This document shows positions 13,255-25,124 of a DNA stretch of 64,000 nucleotides, piece by piece (the stretch's first letter is position 1; every line of letters starts with the position of its first letter). Both the position numbers and the translations under genes were made by a program. Location: positions 372,001 to 436,000 of the forward strand of contig JASTWF010000338.1 in assembly GCA_030390025.1 (NCBI GenBank), given 5' to 3'. This stretch comes from Squalus acanthias (taxonomy: Eukaryota). The notes beneath the pieces were generated by a model, which saw nothing but the letters and a program-made list of their open reading frames with translations, was not told the origin of the DNA and did no database searches.

Positions 13255-13680
13255 TCCCCTGCGGTTGTTCTCCTTCGAGCAGAGAAGCCCAAGAGGAGAT
13301 TTGAGAGAGTTGTTTAAAATCACGAAGGGTTTAGATAGAGTAAATAAAGAGAAACTGTTGCCAGTGACTGAAGGGTCGATAACCAGAGGGCACAGATTGA
13401 AGGTGATTGGCAAAAGAACCAGAGGTGACACGAGGAAAAACCTTTTTACACAACGAGTGTTTAGGATCTGGAACGCACTGCCTGATAGGCTGGTAGATAC
13501 AGATTCAATAGTAGCCTTCAAAAGGGAATTGGAGAAATACTTGAAGGAGAAAACATTGCAGGGGTTTGGGGAATGAGCAGGGGAGTGGGACTAACTGGAT
13601 TGCTCTTCGAAAGAGCCGGCACAGACTCGATGGGCAGAATAGCCTCCTTCTGTGTGGTACTATTCGATGATTGTATGACA
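13255..13680 (+). mobile_element. CR1 LINE 3' fragment
   Basis: LFSFEQRSPRGDL..FKI.KG...TRGH...FTQRV..WNALP, plus 3' UTR. Confidence 0.8.
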
Positions 13681-15104
13681 ATCTCTTTCTATTTTAATAT
13701 TTATGATGTTATTGTCGACAGCACATCCCACAGCTGGAATCTGAGCATCACCCACAGGAGTGTAGACTGATGTGAAACCATCTTTAACAGTCCACTGACT
13801 CCTGACGTAGCTGGAAAAGCTTTTGCTGTTATTCCCACAATTGGGCGCCATCAGCTTTTCCAAAGATCTCTGAGCTTCTCTAATGGCTGCTTTCGTCTCC
13901 CTCCATTGTGGGTGACATTTCTCCCTATTCTCCAGTAAACTGAATCCATCTTGATCTGAACTGGGTTCAATGTGAGACAGTTCGGGGAGTCAGGCATCAT
14001 TCACCCCTAGACCTACACTGACTGGTTAAACCCCAGACAGCTCCTTAGTAAGGATTGCTCTGGTTCCTCACCATATATGTGTCAGGATACTGAAACCCAG
14101 CTTTCTCAGTCCACTCCTGGAGGCCCCACTCCCTGAGCCGACAACCTTCAGCAGGGTCAGTGCTGGAGTTCCGCAGCGGGAGTGATCCCAGAGTAACTGT
14201 CGGGATTGCACCCCGTGGATGTTCCGGGTCGTGTATTTTGAGTTATCCTGGTGTCTAACACGCACACATCAATAAAACAGGGAATTCCTGGAAACACGCT
14301 GCAGGTCCTTCTTTATCTGGAGATCAAATGTCTGTTGTATAATTGTACCAGCAGTTAACAGGCTCCTGTGAACTCCTCCCTCTGCTATTTTAATGCAGAC
14401 TTTAACCAATTTATTTTAAACGGGTTTATTTTAAATGAGCTAACACCTGCCTTCAAATGGTAGATTCAGGACTGTCTCACATACACATATTAAATCTTCG
14501 TGGAATAATTACCAGTCATTTTTAGACTGGAAACTTAACCCTGCCGTTTCACTTTCAGTCAGGAACAGATCGCAATTTGACAACAATCTCTGATTTGACA
14601 GCACGTTTCCAGCATTCACCGTTGTTCTTCCTGACTCTAAACACAGTTGTAAAGGAGCCTTCTGTTCTGTGCCTCGGAGCTCTGACCCATGGGAGAGAGC
14701 GGCTGGGACACATTCCTTACAGGCCTCAAGATTAACCTGCACGGGGACATTACTGTCAGTGAAGAGAGACGAGAAAGACCAAAGTGCCGTTTGCCCCTCT
14801 CAGTGTGGCCCTGAAGGACTGTGTCCAGGCTGTAGTTCTGTTCCCGCCGTACGATCCTCCCCCCAGATTGTCCTTTGAGCTCCAGCCAGGTGATGCTAAA
14901 CACTCAGGTGGGAACGTAAAAAATCCACAACAATGTCTTTAAAGCAAAGCTGATTTATTTGACATATATCCAGAATATTAAACTCCAGCCCAGTTACAGG
15001 GGTTATTAACATCAGCAGAAACAAACTCCAGCTGTCAGAATGAACATGGTTCAGTCCTGGATGTGATTAACAGCAGCAATAACATCAGAATCCAACTCCT
15101 GCAG

Positions 15105-15470
15105 TCACTTGTGAATTCGCTGGTGTCTCAGCAGGTGGGATGAACACGTGAATCCTTTCCCACACACGGAGCAGGTGAACGGTCTCTCCCCAGTGTGAAC
15201 TTGCTGGTGTCTCAGCAGGCTGGATGAATTAGTGAATCCCTTCCCACACTCGGAGCAGGTGAACAGACTCTCCCCGGTGTGAACTCGTCGATGAGTTTCC
15301 AGCTCACACGGGTAGTTGAATCGCTTCCCACAGTCCCCACATTCACATGGTTTCTCCCCGGTGTGACTGCGCTTGTGTCTCGACAGGCCAGAGGATCGGC
15401 TGAAGCCTCGTCCACACACAGAACACGTGTACGGTTTCTCCCCGCTCTGAACGGTGCTTTCTGCTTCCAT
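15105..15470 (-). CDS. C2H2 zinc-finger protein, 4 fingers (121 aa from MEAEST)
   Basis: Acceptor at 15565-15567 (minus), ATG at 15470, four C2H2 fingers, TGA at 15105-15107. Confidence 0.8.
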   Translation of the reverse strand: MEAESTVQSGEKPYTCSVCGRGFSRSSGLSRHKRSHTGEKPCECGDCGKRFNYPCELETHRRVHTGESLFTCSECGKGFTNSSSLLRHQQVHTGERPFTCSVCGKGFTCSSHLLRHQRIHK

Positions 15471-16049
15471 GTTCAAAGGTCCTGATGAATTGAGTGACTC
15501 TGTCAGATCTTGAAGTGATGTTTGGTTTGAGTTTCCCGTCTGCAAATCCTCCCCTTCTAACACCCTGCAAAATGAATTTAAAACAGGAAAAAGGGAGGGT
15601 GAGAGAGAACCCACAAAAACACAAAGGCAGGTTGTGAAATTGAGCTGAATGAATCTGGGAATTTGTGGAGCCGGCACTAGAAAAAAGTGACCATGAAAGC
15701 TGCCGGATTGATGTAAAAACCCAACTGGTTCACTAATGTTCTGCAGGGAAGGGAACCCGCCACCCGGTCTGGGCCTACACAAGACTCTGGCCTCTATGGG
15801 AGGACAGAGAGCCAGGTGGGAGGGGGAGGAGTGAAGGAGTTACTTTATACATCTGTAACTTGACTAGAACTTTGACAGCACCTCCCAAACACGCGACCTC
15901 CACCACCTAGAAGGACAAGGGCAGCAGGTGCATGGGAACACCATCACCTCCCAGTTCCCCTCCAAGTCACACACTATCCTGACTTGGGCATATATCGCCA
16001 TTCCTACATCGTCGCTGGGTGAAAATCCTGGAACTCCTCACCTAACAGC

Positions 16050-16665
16050 ATTCTGAGAGTACCAGAACTGTCCACAGTACTCCAGGTGTGGTCTCACCAA
16101 GGCCCTATATAATTGCAGGAAGAATTCTTTACTCTTATACCCCGATGCATTTGTAATAAAGGCTAACTTACCATTTGCTTGCTGCACCTGCATGTTAACT
16201 TTCTGTGATTCGTGTACAAGGACACGCAGGTCCCTCTGAACACCAACATTTCCCAGTCTCTCACCATTTAAAAAATATTCTGCTTTTCTATTTTTCCCAC
16301 CAAAGTGGATAACTTCACATTTCTCCACATCTGCCATGTTCTTGCCCACTCACTTAACCTGTCTATATCCCATTGCAGGCTCTTTGTGTCCTCCTCACAA
16401 CTGACTGTCCCACCGAGTTTTGTATCGTCAGCAAACTTGGATATATTGCACTCGGTCCCCTCATCGAAGTCATTGATACAGATTGTAAATAGCTGAGGCC
16501 CAAGCACTGATCCTTGCTCTACCCGACCAGTTACAGCCTGCCAACCCGAAAGTGACCTGTTTATCCCTACTCTCTGTTTTCTGCCCGTTAACCAATGCTC
16601 AATCCCTGCTGATATTTTACCCCAACCCCATGAGCCCTAATTTAGTGAAATAACCTCTTGTGTAT
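16050..16665 (-). mobile_element. CR1 RT fragment in the ZNF intron
   Basis: [11 protein letters not shown]...KFADDTKLGG, DLRVLV, LVRPHLEYC. Confidence 0.8.
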
Positions 16666-17007
16666 CATTCTGTGATTCTATGAAATCTGCGTTCTTCCCA
16701 CTCGGGCCTCTTGTACAACCCCCACTCCCTAGGCTCCACCATTGGCAGCCGTGCCTTCAGTTACCTCGGCCCCAAGATCTTTGACCAAGTCTTTGGTCAC
16801 CTGTCCGAATCTCTCCTTCTTTGTCTCGGAGTCAGTTTTTGACAGATTTCGCTCTTGTGAAGGGCCTTGGAACGTTTTACTACATTAAAGGCGCTATGTA
16901 AATGCAAGTTGTTGTTGGAGTGCTGCCATTGGCCTCAGCTTCGCCAGACAGAATCAGCCAGGGACGGCAGCTGTGCTGCTCCCCATGGTCGAAGTGCTGG
17001 AAGCTCA

Positions 17008-17266
17008 TAGTATCGGCTCAAAGCTCAGAATTACCACTCGGCAAGGTTCTGGAGGGCAAACAGTGACTGGGACCGAACCCCACCATCACACAGCACCTTC
17101 AGTACAGGCTCACAGCTCAGAATTACCACTCGGCAAGGCACGGCAAGGTACTGGAGGGCAAACAGTGACTGGGACCGAACCCCACCATCACACAGCACCT
17201 TCAGTACAGGCTCACAGCTCAGAATTACATGGGGATTCTAACCCTGGGACTGTACATGGGGATTCT
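17008..17266. repeat. 92-bp repeat (~2.3 copies) followed by ~1.5 copies of the 27-bp ggggattctaaccctgggactgtacat unit
   Basis: Short versions of the arrays at 34231-34665 and 37097-37988. Confidence 0.8.
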
Positions 17267-17269
17267 GGA

Positions 17270-17493
17270 GGAGAAGCATCCGGGAAGGCGCCGAACACCT
17301 CGAGTCTCTTCGCCGGAAGCCAAGCGCAAGGAGCGCACGTCAACCCAAGCACCCCACCCACCTGCCCCTTCAACCACCGTCTGCCCCACCTGTGACAGAG
17401 ACTGTAGGTCCCGCATTGGACTCAGTCACCTGAGAACTCATTTTTAATGTGGAAGCAAGTCATCCTCGGCTCCGAGGGACTGCCTAAGAAGAA
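17270..17493 (+). mobile_element. RTE-clade LINE 3' end
   Basis: CPTCDRDCRSRIGLSHLRTH C-terminal motif, short UTR, aagaagaag tail. Confidence 0.65.
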
Positions 17494-17930
17494 GCCCCGC
17501 CCACTCTTTGTCCCTCGCAAGATGACCGCGCATGCGCTGTGCTACTCACTGCACCAAGATGGCGGCCGTTATCCTGGGCCTGTGACCGGGAGAAGCCCCG
17601 AAGCTGCAAACTCGGGACCTTCAGGTTATTATTCGGGGTGTGCGGAGTACAGCAGTTGATTATGAAGCCTCCCCGCCCACCCGCCGGTCCATTACGCCGC
17701 TCCGCCCACCCGCAGGTGCGTTGCTCCGCTCCGTCGGGCCGTTTCTTAACGATTGATGCGGACCTGGTCTGCAGCCTCCGTCTCTGTGATGACACACACC
17801 GCGCATGCTCCAACCCCAAGCGGGATTCGCGCCTGCGCACTGGTCTTTTATAGTCTGGGTGCGGCACATTCTCCCCCGCGGGGAATGCTGGGTAAAAGCC
17901 CCGCCATTGAAAGGCCACATTCGTGAGTGG
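17494..17930 (-). promoter_or_regulatory. CpG-island promoter/first exon, probably for the minus-strand ZNF at 15105
   Basis: CpG-rich; YY1-like CAAGATGGCGGC (~17556), NRF1-like GCGCATGCGC and GCGCCTGCGCA, GC box. Homologous to 22440-22850, 38130-38560 and 60230-60715. Confidence 0.6.
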
Positions 17931-17974
17931 AAAAACATTTAATAGGTTTGCATTGAGCACTGAACCATGTTCAT

Positions 17975-20716
17975 CGAAATAACAACAGAAAACGCTGGAA
18001 AAACTCAGCAGGCCAGGCAGCATCCGTGGAGAGAGAAAGAGAGTTAACGTTTCAGGTCGAAGACCTTTCATCAGAACTGGGAAGAGCCGGAAATCAAATA
18101 GATTTAAGGCCAGGGTAAAGCTGGGAAAAGGGGGAGGGGATAAAGGAACAAAGGGGGCGATGAAGAGACATTAAGAGACATTAAGAGATATGCAAGGCTA
18201 GAGGTGGTGTTAATGTGACAGATTAAGGCTGAAAGAAGTGTGAAATCCACTGGCAGAATGAAGGACAGCTGCCAGCTTCTAGGAGGAAAAAAAAGGTGGG
18301 GGGGGGCAAATAAAAGGGTGGAAAAAATAAAATATAAATGTGATTGGAGCTGAGGTTATGATCTAAAATTGTTGAACTCGATATTGAGTCCAGAGGGCTG
18401 TAGCGTCCCTAAACAAAAGATGAGGTGCTGTTCCTCGAGCTTACGCTGCGCTTCCGTGGAACAGTGTAATAGGCCGAGGACAGTGAGGTCAGAGTGGGAG
18501 TGCAGCGGTGAATTAAAGTGACAGGCCACCGGGAGCTCGGGGTCCCCCTACGGACTGAACGGAGGTGTTCCGCAAAGCGGTCACCCAATCTGCGTTTGGT
18601 CTCCCCAATGTAGAGGAGACCACATCGTGAGCAGCGAATACAGTATACTAAATTGCAAGAAGTACAAGTAAAACGCTGTTTCACCTGGAAGGTGTGTTTG
18701 GGGCCCTGGACAGTGGGAAGAGGAGAGGTATAAGGGCATGTGTTGCATCTCCTGCGCGTGCACGGGAAGGTGCCGGGCGAAGGGGAAGGGGTGCTGGGGG
18801 TGGTAGAGGAGTGGACTAGGGTGTTGCGGAGGGAGCGGTCCCTGCGGAATGCTGAAAGGGGAGGTGAGGGGAAGATGTGTTTGGTGGTGGGATCACGCTG
18901 GAGGTGGCGGAAATGGCGGAGGATGATCCGTTGAATGTGGAGGCTGGTGGGGTGAAAGGTGAGGACAAGGGGGACCCTATCGTGGTTCCGGGAGGGAGGG
19001 GCAGGGGTGAGGGCAGAAGTGCGGGAGATAGAACGGACACGGTCGAGGGCCGTGTCGACCACGGTAGAGGGGAATCCTCGGTTGAGGAAAAAGGAAGACA
19101 TGTCGGAAGCATTGGTATGGAAGGTGGCATCATCAGAGCAGATGCGGCGGAGACGGAGAAACTGGGAGAATGGAATAGAGTCCTTACAGGAGGCGGGGTG
19201 GGAGGAAGTGTAGTCCAGGTAGCTGTGTGAGTCAGTTGGCTTGTAGTGAATGTTAGTCAATAACCTATCCCCAGAGATGGAGATGGAGAAGTCGAGGAAG
19301 GGAAGGAAAGAGTCGGAGATGGACCATGTGAAGGTGAGGGAAGGGTGGAAATTGGAAGCATAGTGAATGAAATGTTCTAGTTCAGGGCGAGAGCAGGAGA
19401 CGGCACCGATACAGTCATCAATGTACCGGAAAAAGAGGTGAGGGAGGGGACCCGAGTAGGACTGGAACAAAGAGTGTTCCACATATCCCACGAAAAGGCA
19501 GGCATAGCTAGGACCCATGCGGGTACCCATAGCAACACCTTTAATTTGGAGGAAATGGGTAGAGTCAAAGGAGAAGTTGTTCAATGTGAGAACAAGTTCA
19601 GCCAGGTGGAGGAGGGTGGTGGTGGATGGGGACTGGTTGGGCCTCTGTTCAAGGAAGAAGCGGAGCGCCCTCAGGCCATCCTGGTGGGGAATGGAGGTGT
19701 AGAGGGATTGTACGTCCATAGTGAAGAGGAGACGGTTGGGGCCGGGAAACTGGAAACTGTTAAAATGGCGGAGGGCATCGGAAGAGTCGCGGATGTAGGT
19801 GGGAAGAGACTGGACAAGGGGAGAAAAAATAGAGTCGAGATAGGAAGAGATAAGTTCCGTGGGGCAAGAACAGGCTGAAACGATGGGTCTACCGGGGCAG
19901 TCCTGTTTGTGGATCTTAGGAAGGAGGTAGAAGCGGGCTGTGCGGGGTTGGGGAACTATGAGGTTGGCGGCCGTGGGGGGAAGATCTCCAGAGGAGATGA
20001 GGTCAGTGACAGTCTTGGACACGGTGGCTTGATGTTCGGTAGTGGGGTCATGGTCCAGGTGGAGGTAGGAGGAGGTGTCAGAGAGTTGGCGTTCAACTTC
20101 CGCTAGGTAGAGGTCGGTTCGCCAAACAACAACAGCGCCACCCTTGTCAGCAGGTTTAATGACAATGTCAGGGTTGGATCGGAGAGAATGGAGTGCTGCA
20201 AGTTCAGAGGGAGGTAGGTTGGAGTGAGTGAGAGGAGCAGAGAAATTGAGCTGGCCGATGTCACGGCGGCAGTTAGCAATGAAAAGATCTAGAGAGGGTA
20301 AGAGGCCAGAGGGAGGGGTCCAGGTGGAACGAGAATTCTGAAAGTGGGAGAAAGGGTCAGCCATGCGGGGGGAAGACTCCTGGCCAGAGAAGTGGGCACG
20401 GAGACGGAGGTGGCGGAAAAAGAGCTCAGCATCGTGCCGAGCTCGAAATTCATTTAGATGGGGGCGTAAGGGGATGAAGCTCAGGCCTTTGCTGAGGACT
20501 GATCGTTCGGAGTCAGAGAGGGGAAGGTCAGAGGGGATGGTGAAAACGCGGCAGGGGGTGAGATTGGGAGAGGGGGGTCAGAGGAAAGTGAAGGGGAAGA
20601 AGGTTCCGGAGGGGCGTTAGTGTCCAAGAGTTGTTGAAGCTTGTTGTGGACACTAACGCCCCTCCGGAACCTTCTTCCCCTTCACTTTCCTCTGACCCCC
20701 CCTCTCCCAATCTCAC
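17975..20716 (-). mobile_element. Penelope-like element (RT + GIY-YIG endonuclease), 5'-truncated with fold-back inversion
   Basis: ORF 18409..20364 has IKPADKGG, LPKIHK, GRPIVS, DVQSLYT, GVAMGT, RYIDD and VYCIRC..CGLLYIGET. The frame continues upstream (SVLSKGLSFIP). 1-nt frameshift near 18545. The paralogous site at ~38590 lacks the insertion. Confidence 0.92.
18042..18078 (-). ncRNA. Minimal type I hammerhead ribozyme at the Penelope 3' end
   Basis: Minus strand reads AGUU-CUGAUGA-A-AGGUC-UUC-GACCU-GAA-ACGU-U-AACU. Confidence 0.75.
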
Positions 20717-21679
20717 GGGTGAGCTCCACATCCCGGCTGCTCGCGGGGAATGCCGGTGCGGAGGGCCCGGTGCAGAAGGCCCGGGGAGGAAAGGCTGTGA
20801 GATTTTCAACTCGGCTTAACTCGGTGCTGTGTGAACGGGCTGCTCCACACCCCGGCTGCTCGCGGGGAAATGCCGGTGCGGAGGGCCCGGTGCAGAAGGC
20901 CCAAGGTGGAAGACTCCGAGGAGAGTGGCCTGGGCGGGGGGCCCAGGGCGGGGCGGCTGGTCGGCAGAGGTGGAGTCGGGAGATGCGGTTGGTGAGCATT
21001 GCTGCACTGGTTCTGAAAGTTGCAGAATGGTTTCGGGCCTGAATGAGTTCCAGCGGCCCAGCATCTGCTCTGCCTGGCGGCAGCTCTGAGGCTTTTTCTT
21101 GGTCATGGGACCGGTTTATGCGTCGCCATATTGGTGAAGGAAAGACAAATTGTTTCCATCTGTAATGGGGCACGTGAGCAGTTACAAGATGGAAAATGTG
21201 AATGGTTAAAAGACGGAAAATAAAAGGAAATTAAAAGACAGAGCAAAGTAATATCAGTAAGGAATGATGAGTATTCTTTGATGGTTGGGTCCTGTGAGCG
21301 ATAACAGCATGCAGAAGAAGATTTGAGTGTTTGGTCTTTTTACGGGATTTCAGGAAGTGGATGGCTTCTTTTTCTGTGGAAGGGCTGAAGACTGTGGACA
21401 AGGACTATGACTTTACATGGTTCGACAACATCAAATGATATTCGTTAATGGATTGCCAATAGGACTGGTGTAGAACTGGTATTTAATTGTTTTGCTGGGA
21501 AGGTTTCAGGTTTTCTGTTTGAAAGCAGTTTACTTGAAGCTTAATTGATTTTCTGATAAGGATTGTGGGAATTTGCACATGATGATATATTGGTGGTTAT
21601 GTAGGAATTTACTTTGTGGTTATTGTCTAGTGTTGGTGTGTTTGAAAAGATAAAGTAAATTAATATTGGTAATTTATTG

Positions 21680-22065
21680 AACGAACGGATGCTCGAGTGA
21701 ACGAACGGACGAACGATTCAAACGAACGCATTCATGCATATTAGAACTTACACTCGATCGAACGAATGATCACTTGTGCAGTGATAGAACGAACGATTCG
21801 AGCGAACGCACGCAGGCGCGCACTTAGACAAATGATACGCACGCATGCATTCAGACATACATATTGGAACTTACACTCGATCGAACGAATGACCTCATGG
21901 GGTAGTGGTCGAACGAACGATTCGAGCGAACGCACGCAGGCGCGCACTGAGACAAATGATACGCACGCACGCATTCATACATACATATTGGAACTTACGC
22001 TCGATCGAACGAACGAATGCCTGAATGAACGAACGAACAATTGAATGAATGATCGAACGAACAAT
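21680..22065. repeat. (GAAC)n-rich tract with a ~123-bp tandem duplication
   Basis: gaacttac(a/g)ctcgatcgaacgaa recurs at 21744, 21867 and 21991. Confidence 0.8.
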
Positions 22066-22439
22066 GCCAGTAGGACTGGCGTAAAAGGTTTTTTTTCTTG
22101 GTTTATTGGAATAAATGTTATCTGCAGCATTTAATTGGATTATGATGGTGCTATGTGTTTGTACACTGGTGTTGAAATGGTTTTTGTTTTATGTGGAGTT
22201 AACTTTGAGATTTATTATTTTAAATCTAAAAAGTTGTGTGGTATTGTTTAAGGGTATTTGTACTGTAAACATTATTGATTATTTGTAAAATTAATCATTG
22301 CATTTATATTAACTAAGGCTGTTTTTAAGGCTTTATTTTTTACTGTGATGGATGAATGTAATGGATTTACTATGTAATGGATTTACTATGTAATTGATGA
22401 GTTGTACAGGTATTATTGTTTTTGAATAAAAATATTTCC

Positions 22440-22845
22440 ACTGGAGGCGCCCAGTGCGCAGGCGCAGGCGCAGTGCACGCCCGTAGCTGGAGCATGCGCA
22501 GTGTCACTGTGATCAGAGCCATGCGAGGGCAGGGAGCGGGCCGATTTGGGAGACGCGGTTTTTGATCCGATTACGAATCAGCGGGGCGCAGGGAGGTAAC
22601 GCACCCGGCGGGTGAGCTTCGTAAGCACCTGGCGTAGGCCGCAAGCCCGGAATGAGAACCTACAGGTTCCGTGTCTGGAGCTCGGAGGCTTTTTCCCAGG
22701 AACTAGGCCATGGTTAACGGTGGCCATCTTTGTAAAGGAGCTCTTAGGGTTTTTGCGTCACCATCTTGCTTCGTCGAGCGGTAGAGCGCATGCGTGGCCA
22801 TCTTTGTAAAGGAGCCACTAGGGGGCGTGGCTTCAAGGTCCCACT
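22440..22845 (+). promoter_or_regulatory. CpG-island promoter and non-coding exon 1 of the ZNF at 23952
   Basis: TGCGCAGGCGCA and GCATGCGCA (NRF1-like), GCCATCTT (YY1-like), donor GG|GTGAGC with GT at 22612. Confidence 0.65.
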
Positions 22846-23760
22846 GAGTGAACTGAACCCAGCCAGAGTCAGCACCTTCAGGGGAGGAGAGGGAGGGGAA
22901 CCAGTGAGTGTAGAACTGAACCCAGCCAGAGTCAGCACCTTCAGGGGAGGAGAGGGAGGGGAACCAGTGAGTGTAGAACTGAACCCAGCCAGAGTCAGCA
23001 CCTTCAGGGGAGGAGAGGGAGGGGAACCAGTGAGTGTAGAACTGAACCCAGCCAGAGTCAGCACCTTCAGGGGAGGAGAGGGAGGGGAACCAGTGAGTGA
23101 GGAACTGAACCCAGCCAGAGTCAGCACCTTCAGGGGAGGAGAGGGAGGGGAACCAGTGAGTGTAGAACTGAACCCAGCCAGAGTCAGCAGCTTCAGGGGA
23201 GGAGAGGGAGGGGAACCAGTGAGTGTAGAACTGAACCCAGCCAGAGTCAGCACCTTCAGTGGAGGAGAACCAGTGAGTGTAGAACTGAACCCAGCCAGAG
23301 TCAGCACCTTCAGGGGAGGGGAGGAGAGGGAGGGGAACCAGTGAGATTCGCATTGAACCCAGTCAGAGTCAGCACCTTCAGGGGAGGAGAGGGAGGGGAA
23401 CCAGTGAGTGTCGAACTGAACCCAGCCAGAGTCAGCACCTTCAGTTGAGGAGAGGGAGGGGAACCAGTGAGTGTAGAACTGAACCCAGCCAGAGTCAGCA
23501 CCTTCAGGGGAGGAGAGGGAGGGGAACCAGTGAGTGTCGAACTGAACCCAGCCAGAGTCAGCACCTTCAGGGGAGGAGAGGGAGGGGGACCAGTGAGTGT
23601 GGAACTGAACCCAGCCAGAGTCAGCACCTTCAGGGGAGGAGAGGGAGGGGAACCAGTGAGTGTGGAACTGAACCCAGCCAGAGTCAGCACCTTCAGGGGA
23701 GGAGAGGGAGGGGAACCAGTGAGTGTAGAACTGAACCCAGCCAGAGTCAGCACCTTCAGC
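22845..23760. repeat. 63-bp intronic minisatellite, ~14 copies
   Basis: Unit gtgagtgtagaactgaacccagccagagtcagcaccttcaggggaggagagggaggggaacca. Confidence 0.95.
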
Positions 23761-23951
23761 GAGAAGGAAAATGTGTTGGAGACGGTGCGATGGGTTTGGA
23801 TTTTAGCACAGGGAGGAGGGAGAGTGTGTGGGATTGAGATTTACAGCTTTGGGGGAACAAGAGAGGAAAGAATGTTCCATAGAAACTAGAATTGTTTGTT
23901 CTGAATTTCTATCCTCTACTTAGTGATAAATTTTGTAAACTCCTTTTACAG

Positions 23952-24736
23952 GCTGTGAGAAGGGGAGGATTTACAGACCGGAAACTCAAACCAAACATAA
24001 TTTCAAGATCTGATGGAGTCACTCCATTCATCAGGACCTCAATATCATCGGCCTTTGAATGTGGAAGGAGAAATGTTTGTCTGTTTTGTCTGTGGAAAAG
24101 ATTTCAAACATCAGTGTGACTGGAAAAGCACCGAGACACGCACACCCGAGTGAGAGTGTTCCAGTGCACTGACTGTGGAAAGAGCTTTAACCAGTTACAC
24201 AGCCTGAAAAAACATCGCACCGTTCACAGCGGGGAGAAACCGTACACGTGTTCTGTATGTGACGAGGCTTCAACTGATCGTCCAACCTGGAGAAACACAA
24301 GGACACCCGCGACACGGAGAAACCGGGGAAATGTGGGGACTGTGGGAAGGGATTCAGTTCCCTGTCTGAGCTGGAAGCTCATCAACGCAGTCACACTGGG
24401 GAGAGAGTGTTCACGTGCTCTGTGTGTGGGAAGGGATTCACTAACTCCTCCAGCCTCACTTCCCACCAACGCGTTCACACTGATAAGAGACCTTTTAAAT
24501 GTTCTGAGTGTGAGAAGAGCTTTAAAAGCACAAGGGATCTTCTGACACACCAGCGAGTTCACACTGGGGAGTGGCTGTTCACCTGCTCCCTGTGTGGGAA
24601 CGGTTTCACTCAGTCATCCCACCTGTTGACACACCAGCGAGTTCACACTGGGGAGAGGCCGTTCACCTGTTCCGTATGTAGGAAGGGATTCGTTCAGTCA
24701 TCCACCCTGCTGAGACACAAGCGAGTTCACAAGTGA
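23952..24736 (+). pseudogene. C2H2 zinc-finger gene, probably pseudogenised (5 fingers after the second TGA)
   Basis: Acceptor AG at 23950-23951. TGA at 24117 and 24275. Single-G deletions near 24095 and 24261. No in-frame ATG before the intact fingers (ACG at 24314). Confidence 0.7.
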
Positions 24737-25124
24737 CTGCAGGGCTTAGATTCTGCTGTTTTTGCTGCTGTTAATCTCATCCAGGACTGAATCATGCTCA
24801 TTCTGACAGTTGGAGTTTGTTTCTGCTGATGTTAATCACTCCTCTAACTGGGCTGGAGTTTAATATTTTGATATCTGTCAAACAGATTAACTTTGTTTCT
24901 AACACACCGTGGGTCGAATCCTTGATTTCTCCAAGATAAGAGGAGACTAATTGATGTCCTGTTAATGACTGCTCCATTTTTGGACCTTTTCTCTTTTCTA
25001 ACTCAAGATTATTTCAGTTCTCACACCTTTAGTTACTCTCGTGCTCAAGCCCCAGCTCCCCAAACCTTCCAGAGTGCCTCTCCTAGCCTTGCTATCAAGC
25101 AAAGGTATTGGTAACATGTCCGTG

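Noticed and set aside
22703..23889. Repetitive ORFs with a 21-aa period
   Set aside because: Translation of the 63-bp minisatellite.
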